This document shows, one piece after another, positions 19,945 to 29,938 of a stretch of 51,878 nt of DNA. Under the pieces are notes generated by a model. The model was not told the origin of the DNA, ran no database searches, and worked only from the letters and a program-made list of their open reading frames with translations. Position numbers and translations under genes: made by a program. The number at the start of each line of letters is the position of its first letter. The first letter of the stretch is position 1. The stretch is from an uncultured bacterium (GTDB lineage: Bacteria > Patescibacteriota > Minisyncoccia > Phycocordibacterales > CAIZLB01), in NCBI GenBank assembly GCA_903848795.1, contig CAINHC010000037.1, forward strand, positions 1 through 51,878, in the 5' to 3' direction.

Positions 19945-20038
19945 TAGCGTTTGTAGGAGTTCGCTCTCGCGCGGCCGCATAAAAGCTGCAGTAACCAAAC
20001 GCTAACAAAGTACATCGCATCTAGCGGTGTTTTTTGTT
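19945..20038 (+). ncRNA. Candidate small structured RNA, copy B
   Basis: TAGCGTTTG/CAAACGCTA stem, GGAG-TTCG-CTCT and GCGGC/GCTGC hairpins, terminator CATCGC-atcta-GCGGTG-T6. Confidence 0.7.
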
Positions 20039-20079
20039 GCCTGATTTTGTATGCCATTTTTGTATGGTATTATATATTC

Positions 20080-20967
20080 ATGAAATTAATCGATGTAATA
20101 AATAAAGCTACCTCAGAAGGTAAGGCAGTCGGGCATTTTAATATCTCAAACTTGGAAGCCTTTAATGCGATTGTCAAAACCGCCAAAAAATTAAATGTTC
20201 CAGTAATTATTGGAGTTTCGGAAGGGGAGAGAGATTTTGTGGGGGTCGAAAACGCAGTTGCCCTTGTTGAATCCGCTCGCAAGGGTGGTGCGGAGATTTT
20301 TCTAAATGCAGATCATACTTATTCATATGTACGATCTGTTGAGGTAATTGACGCTGGATATGATGCTGTAATAATTGACTACGCATCAAAAAATAAAGAA
20401 GAAAGTATTGAGGTGACAAAAAGAGTTGTGGAATATGCAAAAAGTAAAGGGCCACATGGGGCTCTTGGAAATCCAGGCACCCCTCCGATTCTTGTCGAAG
20501 GAGAGCTTGGCTATATTGGTCAATCATCAAAAGTTCTCGACGCTCTACCTGAGGGTGTACTGATTGATCCAAATTCACTTACACAGCCAGCTGAAGCAAA
20601 AGACTTTGTTGAAAAAACTGGAGTGGATTTGCTTGCGCCGGCAGTTGGAAATGTTCATGGCATAATAAAAGGAGGAAACCCCGCCCTTAACATTGAGAGA
20701 ATAAAAGAGATTAAGCAGGCATGCAGTGTCCCACTTGTTCTTCATGGTGCTTCTGGAATTACAGATGAAGAATTGCATCTTGCGGTCCTCGCGGGAATTA
20801 GTGTTGTTCACTACAATACAGAGCTTCGCGTGGCATATAAGGATGCTTTGATTAAGTCACTCGAGGAGCACAAGAATGAAGTGGCGCCGTACAAGTATCT
20901 AAAAACTGCAGAGGATGCTGTGGCAGAGGTGGTGGAGAAGAAACTTCGAATAATGAACGATTTATAA
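20080..20967 (+). CDS. fba: Class II fructose-bisphosphate aldolase
   Basis: GHFN, NADH, VEGELG, AVGNVHG, LVLHGASG, NTELR; start placed at MKLIDV. Confidence 0.92.
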   Translation: MKLIDVINKATSEGKAVGHFNISNLEAFNAIVKTAKKLNVPVIIGVSEGERDFVGVENAVALVESARKGGAEIFLNADHTYSYVRSVEVIDAGYDAVIIDYASKNKEESIEVTKRVVEYAKSKGPHGALGNPGTPPILVEGELGYIGQSSKVLDALPEGVLIDPNSLTQPAEAKDFVEKTGVDLLAPAVGNVHGIIKGGNPALNIERIKEIKQACSVPLVLHGASGITDEELHLAVLAGISVVHYNTELRVAYKDALIKSLEEHKNEVAPYKYLKTAEDAVAEVVEKKLRIMNDL

Positions 20968-21085
20968 AAGTCCATGGTAGAAAAAAGAGGAGGGGTGGAG
21001 TTGAGCTCTTAGACATTAGGCGTTAGGTTTACCATACCCCCCCCGAGACATCCGACAATTGATTCTTTAAAACAAAAACTTTCTA

Positions 21086-22918
21086 ATGATAACTTTTTTG
21101 GGAATAATAATTTTTGCGATTCCATTTGTCACACTTCTTTTATTTAAAGACAAGGTGATAGGTTTTTTCTCTGTTCTGACGATAAGTTTACTTGTGCATA
21201 TGTTGATTGCGCTATTAACGCAGTCTTTACGCCTGTTTGAATATTGGATAATTTTGACCATATATGCACTTATAAGTTTAGGTATTGGGTTTTTTGTTTA
21301 TTTTAAAATAAAAAATAGCCACCATCATTTGCATGATAAATATATGCATTCGGTACGGAAAGACATCATGATGTCCGGTAAAAAAATGATAAGCAAGCAA
21401 AACTTTTTAATCGCAGTTGCATTTTCCGTCGTACTATTCAGTCTGGCGTCTGTACACTATAATTTTTCTGGCACCACAAATTCCCATGTTGGATCATATG
21501 AAGTAGAAAATAGTCCATATCCATATCCATACTTTTCTGATGAATGGGCTGGTATTGCTTTTGTCAATTACACCATAGGTAGTCATTCTTTACCTATTGT
21601 CAATCCGCTAATGGAGAGCGAAAGTTTCAAAAATCCACTTGTTCCATATTTCTCATTTCTATCTGATGCCTTCTTATTTTTTGGCTTCAATCCTCTGAAT
21701 GATTTTGAGTTTGTGAATTTGATTGTGGGGCTAGTAACTTGCATTTCTTTTTTTGCGCTACTTATTTCATTCGGAATAGATAAAAGAGTCTCCGCGCTCA
21801 CTGTTCTAATAATTCCCTACATAACTAACGGTGGAAATTTACCTGGAATTTGGTTTATGATTCCAATGACTTTTGCATTACCATTTTATGTAATTAGTTT
21901 GATTGGCTTTGCCAAGGAAAACAATAGGCTGTTTAGTATTGCCAGTATGTTTACATTATGTCTGTATCCTCCATTTATTGTTTTTGTTGCACCGGTTTGG
22001 GTGGCGTTTATTCTAAAGAATAAAGGTGTAAAAGTTAAGGCTAAGGCAACACTGTATGTTATTGTCTTCTTGCTCCTGGCTCTTATTATTGTTGGCTCTG
22101 TCGTGTTTAATAGTATAAAACCTCTGGATATTTTAGACACCCTGCGTTTCTATTTTTTCAGAACAAATTTAGTCGGAGGTTATTTAACCTTTCCAATTTG
22201 GTTCGTTTTGCCAATTTTTGTTTTACCGTTTGCGCTATTTGGTGTATTTTTGGCAATCAGGAACAGGAATAGAAAAAGATTTTATTTTATATTATTACCG
22301 CTTCTTACTGGCCTGACATTTTGGTTTTGCTATATTTGCGCAGAGCGAGTGTTTATTATAGATTTCCCAAGAGTTGTAACTATAACTTCATTTATAATTT
22401 TAATATTCTTTGGTATTTCTTTAGATTTTCTTGTTAAAAGATTTGTTAATTATAAATATAAAAATATATTGACAGCAATGTGTATTTTGGTGGCTGTACA
22501 ATTATCATTTAATTACACGCAAAATGATTCCTGGGAGGGGTTAAAGCTTCATACAAATGGTGATCCTGAGGATGTGATGCTTAACCCTGCTCCAACTGCG
22601 AGTAGGTTTTTGACGGATGATGATCTCGCTCTTTTCTCTAGCTTTACAAAAAAAACTTTTATCTCTCCACCGTGGAAGGGGCTTGTTTTGTCCGCTGCGA
22701 CCGGAAATTATCCAATGACTTCAAAGCCTTCTACTGTTGGTGTCTTTATTTTAAATTATGACTGGTTTGCAGATACTAAATGTGAAGAAAAAGATATTGT
22801 ATCAATTGATCATAATGTAAGCTATGCTTACTCCAAAAGATTCGATTGTCCTAATTTTATAGAAGTGGGGGAGAGTTCTGAAGGTTTGGTTTTGTATAAA
22901 TTCAATAAAGTTAAGTAA
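21086..22918 (+). CDS. Polytopic membrane protein, possibly a GT-C-type glycosyltransferase
   Basis: About 14 hydrophobic segments, SDEW acidic loop motif after early TMs, soluble C-terminus; glycan gene context. Confidence 0.55.
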   Translation: MITFLGIIIFAIPFVTLLLFKDKVIGFFSVLTISLLVHMLIALLTQSLRLFEYWIILTIYALISLGIGFFVYFKIKNSHHHLHDKYMHSVRKDIMMSGKKMISKQNFLIAVAFSVVLFSLASVHYNFSGTTNSHVGSYEVENSPYPYPYFSDEWAGIAFVNYTIGSHSLPIVNPLMESESFKNPLVPYFSFLSDAFLFFGFNPLNDFEFVNLIVGLVTCISFFALLISFGIDKRVSALTVLIIPYITNGGNLPGIWFMIPMTFALPFYVISLIGFAKENNRLFSIASMFTLCLYPPFIVFVAPVWVAFILKNKGVKVKAKATLYVIVFLLLALIIVGSVVFNSIKPLDILDTLRFYFFRTNLVGGYLTFPIWFVLPIFVLPFALFGVFLAIRNRNRKRFYFILLPLLTGLTFWFCYICAERVFIIDFPRVVTITSFIILIFFGISLDFLVKRFVNYKYKNILTAMCILVAVQLSFNYTQNDSWEGLKLHTNGDPEDVMLNPAPTASRFLTDDDLALFSSFTKKTFISPPWKGLVLSAATGNYPMTSKPSTVGVFILNYDWFADTKCEEKDIVSIDHNVSYAYSKRFDCPNFIEVGESSEGLVLYKFNKVK

Positions 22919-22920
22919 AT

Positions 22921-23847
22921 ATGTTGTCATATATGAATTTTGGAAATGAAGGTGTCAGGTTGGGCAATCAGCTTTTTCAATATGCATTTTTGAGGACTCA
23001 ATCTGAGAAGTTGGGTACTAAATTTTATTGCCCAAAGTGGATAGGGGATGATATTTTTGATTTACAAGACCAAGACTTAAGAGAATATGATTTGATAAAA
23101 ACAAAAAATGAGATTAAAAACTATTATACGGAGAGTCGCAAGACGAGTTTTAGCAGAAAACCTGTTTCAATAAAAGATAACACAAATATAAGCGGCTCAT
23201 TTGAAAGTGAAAAATGTTTTGATAAAGTAGCGGTTAAGAAGTGGTATAGGTTTAATGAAGAAAAGTTTTCAGTTGCCAGAGAAAAATATAGGGATATTGA
23301 TTTCAATAATGCGATTGCTATACATTTAAGGTTGGGTGATAAGTTTCATGACGAATTAATAAAAAAACTATTTTATGTACCAAGGATAAAATATTATAGT
23401 CGAGCGTTGGAATTAATTAGAAAATTTAATTCTATAGTCAAAGACAAAGGTTTAAATGGCGAGCCGTGTACTGCTAAAACTATCGTTGTTTTTTCTGATG
23501 ATATAGAGCTGGCGAAAAAATATTTTGATAAATTTGGCGATTTATTTTTCATAGAAGGGAATAGTGATTGGGAGGATTTTTATCTAATGAGCCGTTGCCA
23601 TGATATAATATGTTCGTCTTCGACTTTCAGCTGGTGGGCCAGCTATCTTAATCGAAATCCAAAAAAGACAATCATTTTTCCTAAGGAGCGTCTATGGAGA
23701 CCAAACTTTTTCAAGCATGAGATAGATTTAATTCCAGATCAGTGGCTTCAGGTTAGTGCACTTTATCCAGTAATTGATAACAGCATGTTCATTAGATACA
23801 TAATTGAGCCTATAAAATATTTAAAAAATAAATTTTATTTAAAATAA
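22921..23847 (+). CDS. Alpha-1,2-fucosyltransferase family (GT11)
   Basis: RLGNQLFQYA, IHLRLGD, VFSDD, STFSWW. Confidence 0.9.
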   Translation: MLSYMNFGNEGVRLGNQLFQYAFLRTQSEKLGTKFYCPKWIGDDIFDLQDQDLREYDLIKTKNEIKNYYTESRKTSFSRKPVSIKDNTNISGSFESEKCFDKVAVKKWYRFNEEKFSVAREKYRDIDFNNAIAIHLRLGDKFHDELIKKLFYVPRIKYYSRALELIRKFNSIVKDKGLNGEPCTAKTIVVFSDDIELAKKYFDKFGDLFFIEGNSDWEDFYLMSRCHDIICSSSTFSWWASYLNRNPKKTIIFPKERLWRPNFFKHEIDLIPDQWLQVSALYPVIDNSMFIRYIIEPIKYLKNKFYLK

Positions 23848-23849
23848 TT

Positions 23850-24644
23850 ATGAAATTTGCAAAATTAAGAAAGCACATAGAGAGCAAGAGGGGTAATGGA
23901 AGTTATTTTTTTGGTCCAATTATATTCTTTAAGGATACACTTTATGATTTTGCTATAAATGAACTTTCCAGATTTATCTTTTATGTTCATAATTCATTTT
24001 TATTTAGAAAGAATTATGATCTTGTCTTTGTTATAGCAAGATATAAAGAAGATGTTAATTGGGTTAAAAAATTGTCTTATAAGTATGTGGTGTACAATAA
24101 AGGTGGTGACAATATTCCTGGTGATATTAAACATAAAAAATTGCAGAATGTTGGCAGGGAGGCACATACTTATTTAACATATATTGTTGATAATTATAAT
24201 GCACTTCCAAAATATGTAGGATTCTTGCAGGGGGAGCCGTTTCTTCATTCGGTTTTGTTGGGCGCTAGGTTAAATAAATTCAAAGGTCAAGATTTTTATC
24301 CTCTCGGGCGAAATGCGCAGTATTACAGAGGGGAAACTGATATTTATATAGATATAATTGAAAAATCCACTTTTAAATATTTTGATATTAAACGGCCTGC
24401 GGGAGAATTTCCTTGGGGAGCTCAATTTATTGTGTCTAGAGAAAAAATATTGAAACACTCTTTAAAAGAATATGAATTTCTTCTAAATAAATTAGTTGAG
24501 GCAGAAAATAACCGAACACAGTGTTATATATTTAAACAACACCCACAACCATGCGCCTGCATGAATTATATATCAGCATGGATGTTAGAGGTTTGGTGGC
24601 CAATAATATTTGGAGAAGATAAAAAAATAATTAATTTTGATTAA
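23850..24644 (+). CDS. DUF3431-like protein (putative glycosyltransferase-related)
   Basis: VIARYKED, NVGREAHTYL, FLQG, GAQFIVSR. Confidence 0.75.
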   Translation: MKFAKLRKHIESKRGNGSYFFGPIIFFKDTLYDFAINELSRFIFYVHNSFLFRKNYDLVFVIARYKEDVNWVKKLSYKYVVYNKGGDNIPGDIKHKKLQNVGREAHTYLTYIVDNYNALPKYVGFLQGEPFLHSVLLGARLNKFKGQDFYPLGRNAQYYRGETDIYIDIIEKSTFKYFDIKRPAGEFPWGAQFIVSREKILKHSLKEYEFLLNKLVEAENNRTQCYIFKQHPQPCACMNYISAWMLEVWWPIIFGEDKKIINFD

Positions 24645-24693
24645 TGACGACGATTGATGGTGGGTGATTGATGATGTGATGGAGTTACTCCTG

Positions 24694-25830
24694 TTAATCT
24701 TTCGTTAGATTAATTTTTGCCTTGATTTGCTCGATAAAGCTTGAGGTGTCAAACTTTTTAGCTCTGTCTTGATTTGTTTTTACATACTTATCTTTATCAT
24801 TTACTAAATTATTTTCAATAATATTGATGGCGTCACGTAATTTGTCACCACTGATATTGTCTATTAGTATCCCATTTTCATTATTCAATATACTTTCCAT
24901 ATAGCCACCTTCGTTTGGTGCAATCACAGGTTTTCCAGAGGCCATGGCTTCAACTACAGTCATACCAAAGTCTTCATCCATTGATGTTGTGATAAATCCC
25001 TTACATTCAGAATACATTTTTTTAAGCTCCATGTCGGTGGCCCAGTGAATTATCTCGATATTTGATTTGTGGAATTTCATGAGGCCTTCTATTTTTCCCT
25101 TATATCCCTCAAATTGATCAGCTCCTTTTTCATAGCTTCCTACAATAATTAATTTTCTTGTGTTTCCTTTGTCGCCTCCATCTCTCTTAAATGCTTCCAC
25201 TTGTATTTCTACTCTCTTGGCAGGAATGAATCTATTCACTGATAACCAATAACCACCATCTCCATTATTACTGTATTTGGAGGTGTCGATAGGGGGGTTA
25301 ATTATTGTTGCATCTTTTTGATAATATTTTTTTATTCGACTTTGTGAATTTTTGGAATTACAGACTAACACTCCAACGTGTTTAATATATCTTCTTGACA
25401 ATATTCTGTTTATAAAAACCCATACATCAAAAACTGGTCTCTGCCACACCTTCAGCATTGTTTTTTTAATGTAATCCTTCCATCCCCATAGTTCATTTGT
25501 TGGCCCATGTGCATACCACATATTGGGTTTATTGTTTGCTACCCCAGAGAGAGCCCAGTCTCCGGCAACTATGTAAAAATCGTATTGATTGCCTAAGTTT
25601 AATCTTCTGAATTTCCAAAAGGCGAACTGATGTTTAAAAGGGGCCTTTTTAGGAATTGTACCTAGGGACTTGATTCTTGGTATCACATCCTCAAAACCCA
25701 TCTTAATTATATAATCTTTGTCGATGTTGGTTGTATATACATCGGCATTAAATGCTCGCGCAAGGGTGAGGGCGACCATTTCTGCTCCTCCTATATTGTC
25801 CAGATAATTGTGGAATATTGCGATTTTCAT
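24694..25830 (-). CDS. Glycosyltransferase family 4 (WbaZ-like)
   Basis: GGAEMV, INPPID, KRVE, EDFGMTVVEAMASGKPV; start placed at MKIAIF. Confidence 0.9.
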   Translation of the reverse strand: MKIAIFHNYLDNIGGAEMVALTLARAFNADVYTTNIDKDYIIKMGFEDVIPRIKSLGTIPKKAPFKHQFAFWKFRRLNLGNQYDFYIVAGDWALSGVANNKPNMWYAHGPTNELWGWKDYIKKTMLKVWQRPVFDVWVFINRILSRRYIKHVGVLVCNSKNSQSRIKKYYQKDATIINPPIDTSKYSNNGDGGYWLSVNRFIPAKRVEIQVEAFKRDGGDKGNTRKLIIVGSYEKGADQFEGYKGKIEGLMKFHKSNIEIIHWATDMELKKMYSECKGFITTSMDEDFGMTVVEAMASGKPVIAPNEGGYMESILNNENGILIDNISGDKLRDAINIIENNLVNDKDKYVKTNQDRAKKFDTSSFIEQIKAKINLTKD

Positions 25831-25877
25831 ATTTTTTATATTCTTAAGTTTTAATTTTACCAACGAATGGTTTAAAA

Positions 25878-27074
25878 TTATTTCTCCTTTATACCCAAAA
25901 TGCTCAACATAAATGATCCCATTATGGTTTGTATTCCAACAACAGCCAAAGTGAGGGCGACGATCATATTTTTTGTTTGATCTAATCCTCCCAAACCACT
26001 TCCTATCCATTGTGCAAAAATTGTCACAAATACCACAATTGAAGCTACTGCAATTACACTACCGAGCGCGATGGCTTTTTCTAGTGTCAAAAAATTGAAT
26101 AACTTTTCAATAACCTTGTCGGTATCGCCGAGGTGTGTGACAGCATAAATTCTAGAAAATCCAGTGAAGAAAATTAATTCATATCCCAATATAATACAAA
26201 GCGAGGATAAAAACATTGGATGAAAATATAATGTAATTCCAAATATCGAAAAGTTTCCAATAAAAAGTATCAGCATTGAAATTATTCCAAATAAAAACAA
26301 AAGTAATCCTGGAATCAAAAATATTACAACAGGGGAGTATAATAGTATAAATCGGAGGTGGCGCCATCCATCGGAAAATGTTTCTAATTTTGATTCGCCG
26401 ATTCGTAGTCGGTATTTAATCGGAATTTCTACAATTTTCAGATTCGCCTTCGCTGCCTTTATTATCATTTCTGATGCAAATTCCATTCCTAAAGTATAGA
26501 GTGTTAGTCTTGAATATGCCTCTTTTGAAATTGCTCTTGCTCCGCAGTGAATATCGTGGATTTTGATTTTGAAAAATAATCTAACGAGAGTTGAGAGGAT
26601 TGGATTGCCAATCCATCGGTGTGAGAAAGTCATCGAATTTGACTCCATCATCCCGCTGAATCTATTGCCGACGACCATATCGTTTCCTTGTTCTAATTTT
26701 TTAATAAATTTTGGAATATCATCAAAGTCATATGTGTTGTCGGCGTCCGCCATGAAGATGTATTTTCCGTTTGCTTTAGCAAGTCCGTGCAGGTACGCGG
26801 ATCCATATCCCTTAATGTGCTCTTTTTCTAGGATGATGTTGGGAAATTTTATAGATAGATTTTGTACTATTTCAACTGATGAGTCTGTTGAACCGTTATC
26901 TACAACAATTATTTCTATATCCAAATCTGAATCCTTCGCTGTTTTGTTGATAGACTCTATACAAACAGATATACCTTTCTCCTCATTGAGGCATGGTAAA
27001 ATAACGCTGATATATGGTTTTTTAATGTTGCTATTGGTGTAGGCTGCACTTCGATCATCTTCGCTATTTTTCAC
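25878..27074 (-). CDS. GT2 polyprenol-phosphate glycosyltransferase (DPM1-like) with C-terminal TM helices
   Basis: LPCLNEE, VDNGSTD, GYGSA, MADAD, GNR; four hydrophobic C-terminal segments. Confidence 0.88.
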   Translation of the reverse strand: MKNSEDDRSAAYTNSNIKKPYISVILPCLNEEKGISVCIESINKTAKDSDLDIEIIVVDNGSTDSSVEIVQNLSIKFPNIILEKEHIKGYGSAYLHGLAKANGKYIFMADADNTYDFDDIPKFIKKLEQGNDMVVGNRFSGMMESNSMTFSHRWIGNPILSTLVRLFFKIKIHDIHCGARAISKEAYSRLTLYTLGMEFASEMIIKAAKANLKIVEIPIKYRLRIGESKLETFSDGWRHLRFILLYSPVVIFLIPGLLLFLFGIISMLILFIGNFSIFGITLYFHPMFLSSLCIILGYELIFFTGFSRIYAVTHLGDTDKVIEKLFNFLTLEKAIALGSVIAVASIVVFVTIFAQWIGSGLGGLDQTKNMIVALTLAVVGIQTIMGSFMLSILGIKEK

Positions 27075-27146
27075 CCCTTGATTTTACCACACCCCCACCC
27101 AATATCAATTAATATGTATGGTTTTGTATGGATTCTTTGTCTGACG

Positions 27147-27251
27147 TCAACCAAAAACATACCCCTCTGGGAACATTTCGAGTTGCAACGAGAATAGCCA
27201 ATTTTTCAGCAGAAAAATGGCGTGTTTCCAGAGGGGTGTGTTTTTGGTTGA
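27147..27251. repeat. 105-bp palindromic element (29-bp inverted arms enclosing two small hairpins)
   Basis: 27147-27175 pairs with 27223-27251 with only two G-T positions. Confidence 0.75.
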
Positions 27252-27294
27252 ACGGTGTTGCAAATTCGCCAAAAATATATATAATAGCTCCACT

Positions 27295-27921
27295 ATGTTA
27301 AAGCTTATTACAGAAAAGCGTGAAGGCGGTAAAACTGTGGCGGATGCTAAAATCCCTGCAGTATTTTATGGTCCAAAGGCAGAATCAACACCAATCTGGG
27401 TTAATGAGATTGAATTATTAAAGGTTTGGAAGGAGGCTGGAGAGTCAACAGTTGTTACTCTTTCTTATGAGGGGGTAGAGCATGATACTCTTATTCATGA
27501 AATAGATAGAGAGCCTGTTAGAGGTAAGGTTAGACATGTTGACTTCTATGTACTTGAAAAAGGCAAGAAGGTTGAAATTGCTATTCCTCTTGAATTCGTC
27601 GGTGTATCTGAGGCTGTTAAGACTTTGGGAGGTAACCTTGTTAAGGTTCTTTACGAAGTTGAGATCGAGGCAATGCCTAAGGATCTTCCTCACAATATTG
27701 AGGTAGACATCTCCGCGCTTGTTGACTTCGATTCACAAATTCACGCAGGGGACATCAAACTTCCAGCAGGAGTCACTCTTAAGACTGATGCGGATGAAGT
27801 GATCGCACTTGTTGCAGAAGCTAAGGAGGAGACAGAAGAGGCACCAACAGAAATCGACATGTCTGCGATTGAAGTAACAGACAAGAAGGGAAAGAAGGAT
27901 GATGAGGCTGACGCTGAATAA
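27295..27921 (+). CDS. rplY: 50S ribosomal protein bL25 (Ctc form)
   Basis: IPAVFYG, HVDFY, EIEAMPKDLP, IHAGDI, acidic tail; start placed at MLKL downstream of TTGCAA-16-TATAAT. Confidence 0.93.
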   Translation: MLKLITEKREGGKTVADAKIPAVFYGPKAESTPIWVNEIELLKVWKEAGESTVVTLSYEGVEHDTLIHEIDREPVRGKVRHVDFYVLEKGKKVEIAIPLEFVGVSEAVKTLGGNLVKVLYEVEIEAMPKDLPHNIEVDISALVDFDSQIHAGDIKLPAGVTLKTDADEVIALVAEAKEETEEAPTEIDMSAIEVTDKKGKKDDEADAE

Positions 27922-27984
27922 TCTAATTGTTATTTCGGTGGTGAAGAAATAATCTGTAATAATTCTCGCACAATACTCAAATAT

Positions 27985-28015
27985 AAAATAACTCGCTCAA
28001 AGGCGGGTTATTTTT
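27985..28015 (+). terminator. Rho-independent terminator after rplY
   Basis: AAAATAACTCGC-tcaaag-GCGGGTTATTTTT. Confidence 0.7.
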
Positions 28016-28131
28016 GTGGTGGGGTTATTAATTTCATGGACAAAATAGCTCATAATGGTATCTTTTGCGCCATTATATACAATATATTGTTGAAAAGCTT
28101 GCAATAAGCATAGAAATAGGATATTATTCTG

Positions 28132-29364
28132 ATGTTATTAGTAACACATAAAAACATGTTGCATTCAATATCTTGTAAAAACTTCTACTCTTTTGGCGAT
28201 TTAAACACCTTAAGTTTTTTAGTAAATGACAATGCTCCACAAAATAATGGCTATTTTACTACGCCATCAGGAACTCGTCTTTCAAAAGTTGAGACTGTAA
28301 TAGGTGGAAATGCCTCTGGAAAGACTAATTTGTTAAAAACCCTTCCTTTCCTGAAGTGGTTCATCATTGATTCTTTTAATCTAGATCCACAGTCTCTAAT
28401 CAACTTCCGTCCATTTATGTTTGGTGAATATAAAAATAAACCAGCAGAACTTTCTGTTATCTTTGAAGTTGAAACAGGTGTCTATACGTATAGTTTTATT
28501 CTTGATCAAACAAAGATTATTTCAGAAGAACTTAAATTAGTCAGTATGGCAAAAGAAAAGAAATCTAGTAAAAAGATTTTTTTACGAACATGGAATAGTA
28601 TAACCAAGTCCTATGATTTTGAGGGTGATAATTTTAATCTCCCTAAAGGGTTTGAAAATTTAATACGTCCAAATGCAAGTATTATAGGTGTTGCTATGCG
28701 TCTAAATCACAAGGAAAGTCAGGAAATTGTTAATTTCTGGCGTTCTGTAGAAACAAATGTTAGTGAAGCTGGGTGGATTGGAGATAATATGTTTATTAAT
28801 CGGGGTCAACAATTAGCAGAAGTCCTAGACTTTTTTAGTGAAAAGGAGTCTTTGAAAAAAGACGCTGAAAAATTACTTGCGCGTTTTGATTTGGGTCTAA
28901 ATTCCTTTGAAATCAAGAAAGAAAAACAAGACGGCGGAATTTCAATGATGGTTAATGTCTCGCACTCGTTTGGTAATCAAAAAGAGGTGTTACCAATTCA
29001 ATATGAATCTTCTGGTACTAAGCAATTATTTATACTTTTGAAACATATTTTGCAGGCAATTAGTAATGGTGGGGTTGTAGTACTTGATGAATTTGACGTT
29101 AACCTACACCCAGAGATGATGATAGCTTTGTTTGATTTATTTATTGATCCAAATATAAATGAAAAAAATGCTCAGCTTCTTTTTAGTACACACAATCATT
29201 ATATTTTAAGTAAGCTGGATAAATATCAGATAACTCTTATTGAAAAGAACGAGAAGGGAATGAGTGAATCTTGGCGTCTTGATGAAATGGCTGGTGTACG
29301 AGCTGATGACAATTATTATACAAAGTATATTGCAGGTGCTTATGGAGCATTTCCTAAAATGTAA
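28132..29364 (+). CDS. ABC-type/AAA_21 ATPase (RloA/AbiLi-like)
   Basis: CKNFYSF, Walker A GGNASGKT, ESSGTKQL signature, VVLDE, LHP, FSTHN, YIAGAYGAFP tail; true start may be ATG 28156. Confidence 0.85.
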   Translation: MLLVTHKNMLHSISCKNFYSFGDLNTLSFLVNDNAPQNNGYFTTPSGTRLSKVETVIGGNASGKTNLLKTLPFLKWFIIDSFNLDPQSLINFRPFMFGEYKNKPAELSVIFEVETGVYTYSFILDQTKIISEELKLVSMAKEKKSSKKIFLRTWNSITKSYDFEGDNFNLPKGFENLIRPNASIIGVAMRLNHKESQEIVNFWRSVETNVSEAGWIGDNMFINRGQQLAEVLDFFSEKESLKKDAEKLLARFDLGLNSFEIKKEKQDGGISMMVNVSHSFGNQKEVLPIQYESSGTKQLFILLKHILQAISNGGVVVLDEFDVNLHPEMMIALFDLFIDPNINEKNAQLLFSTHNHYILSKLDKYQITLIEKNEKGMSESWRLDEMAGVRADDNYYTKYIAGAYGAFPKM

Positions 29365-29370
29365 AAATTA

Positions 29371-29913
29371 ATGTCTAGAACTAATCCGTTTAAAAAGAAA
29401 AGACGTGTGGCAAATAGAACCTTACTGGTGTATGGTGAAGGAATGTGTGAAGAAATGTTTCTAAGACACATCAAGAGTTTATATTCGTACGATACAAATA
29501 TTGCTGTTACAATCAGAAAAGGTAAAGGAGGTACGGCGGTTGATGTAATAATTGATGCAGACAAAGTTCCTGGCGATTTTGAAAAGAAAGTTGTTGTTTT
29601 GGATAATGATAAAACGTCAGAAGAAATGCAAAAAGCCAGAAAAGAGGCTAAAAATAGGGGGATGATTTTGATTGAAAATACTCCTTGTGTTGAGGCTTTG
29701 TTGCTTTCTGTTTTGGAATCTGGTATTGAATTTTCAGCAAAGACGTCTGTTTGGTGTAAAAAGGAATTTGAATCAAAATATATTGATAAGAAAAAACGTG
29801 GAGATAAAGAAGAATACGACAAATATTTTTCAAAAAAAGTACTTGATTTTAGGCGCTTAAATATTAAAGAACTTAATGCTATTATCCTTCTAATGGAGGG
29901 TAAGTTTAAATAG
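29371..29913 (+). CDS. RloB-like (TOPRIM-related) protein
   Basis: LVYGEG..EE.F, VVLDND, NTPCVEALLL; immediately downstream of the RloA-like ATPase. Confidence 0.75.
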   Translation: MSRTNPFKKKRRVANRTLLVYGEGMCEEMFLRHIKSLYSYDTNIAVTIRKGKGGTAVDVIIDADKVPGDFEKKVVVLDNDKTSEEMQKARKEAKNRGMILIENTPCVEALLLSVLESGIEFSAKTSVWCKKEFESKYIDKKKRGDKEEYDKYFSKKVLDFRRLNIKELNAIILLMEGKFK

Positions 29914-29938
29914 GGCAGAAGGTGGGTCTGTATAAATA

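Noticed and set aside
19198-20038. CRISPR array or IS/attachment-site direct repeats
   Set aside because: Only two diverged copies about 700 bp apart, with promoter/terminator structure and covariation; no cas, transposase or integrase gene.
24645-24693. GAT/GTG-rich low-complexity spacer between convergent genes
   Set aside because: Short and imperfect, with no regular period or structure.
27217-27294. N-terminal extensions of rplY (also 25831-26010 of the GT4, 37237 of rpsB, 20047 of fba)
   Set aside because: The extensions run through promoters, repeats or neighbouring genes; downstream ATGs match family N-termini.
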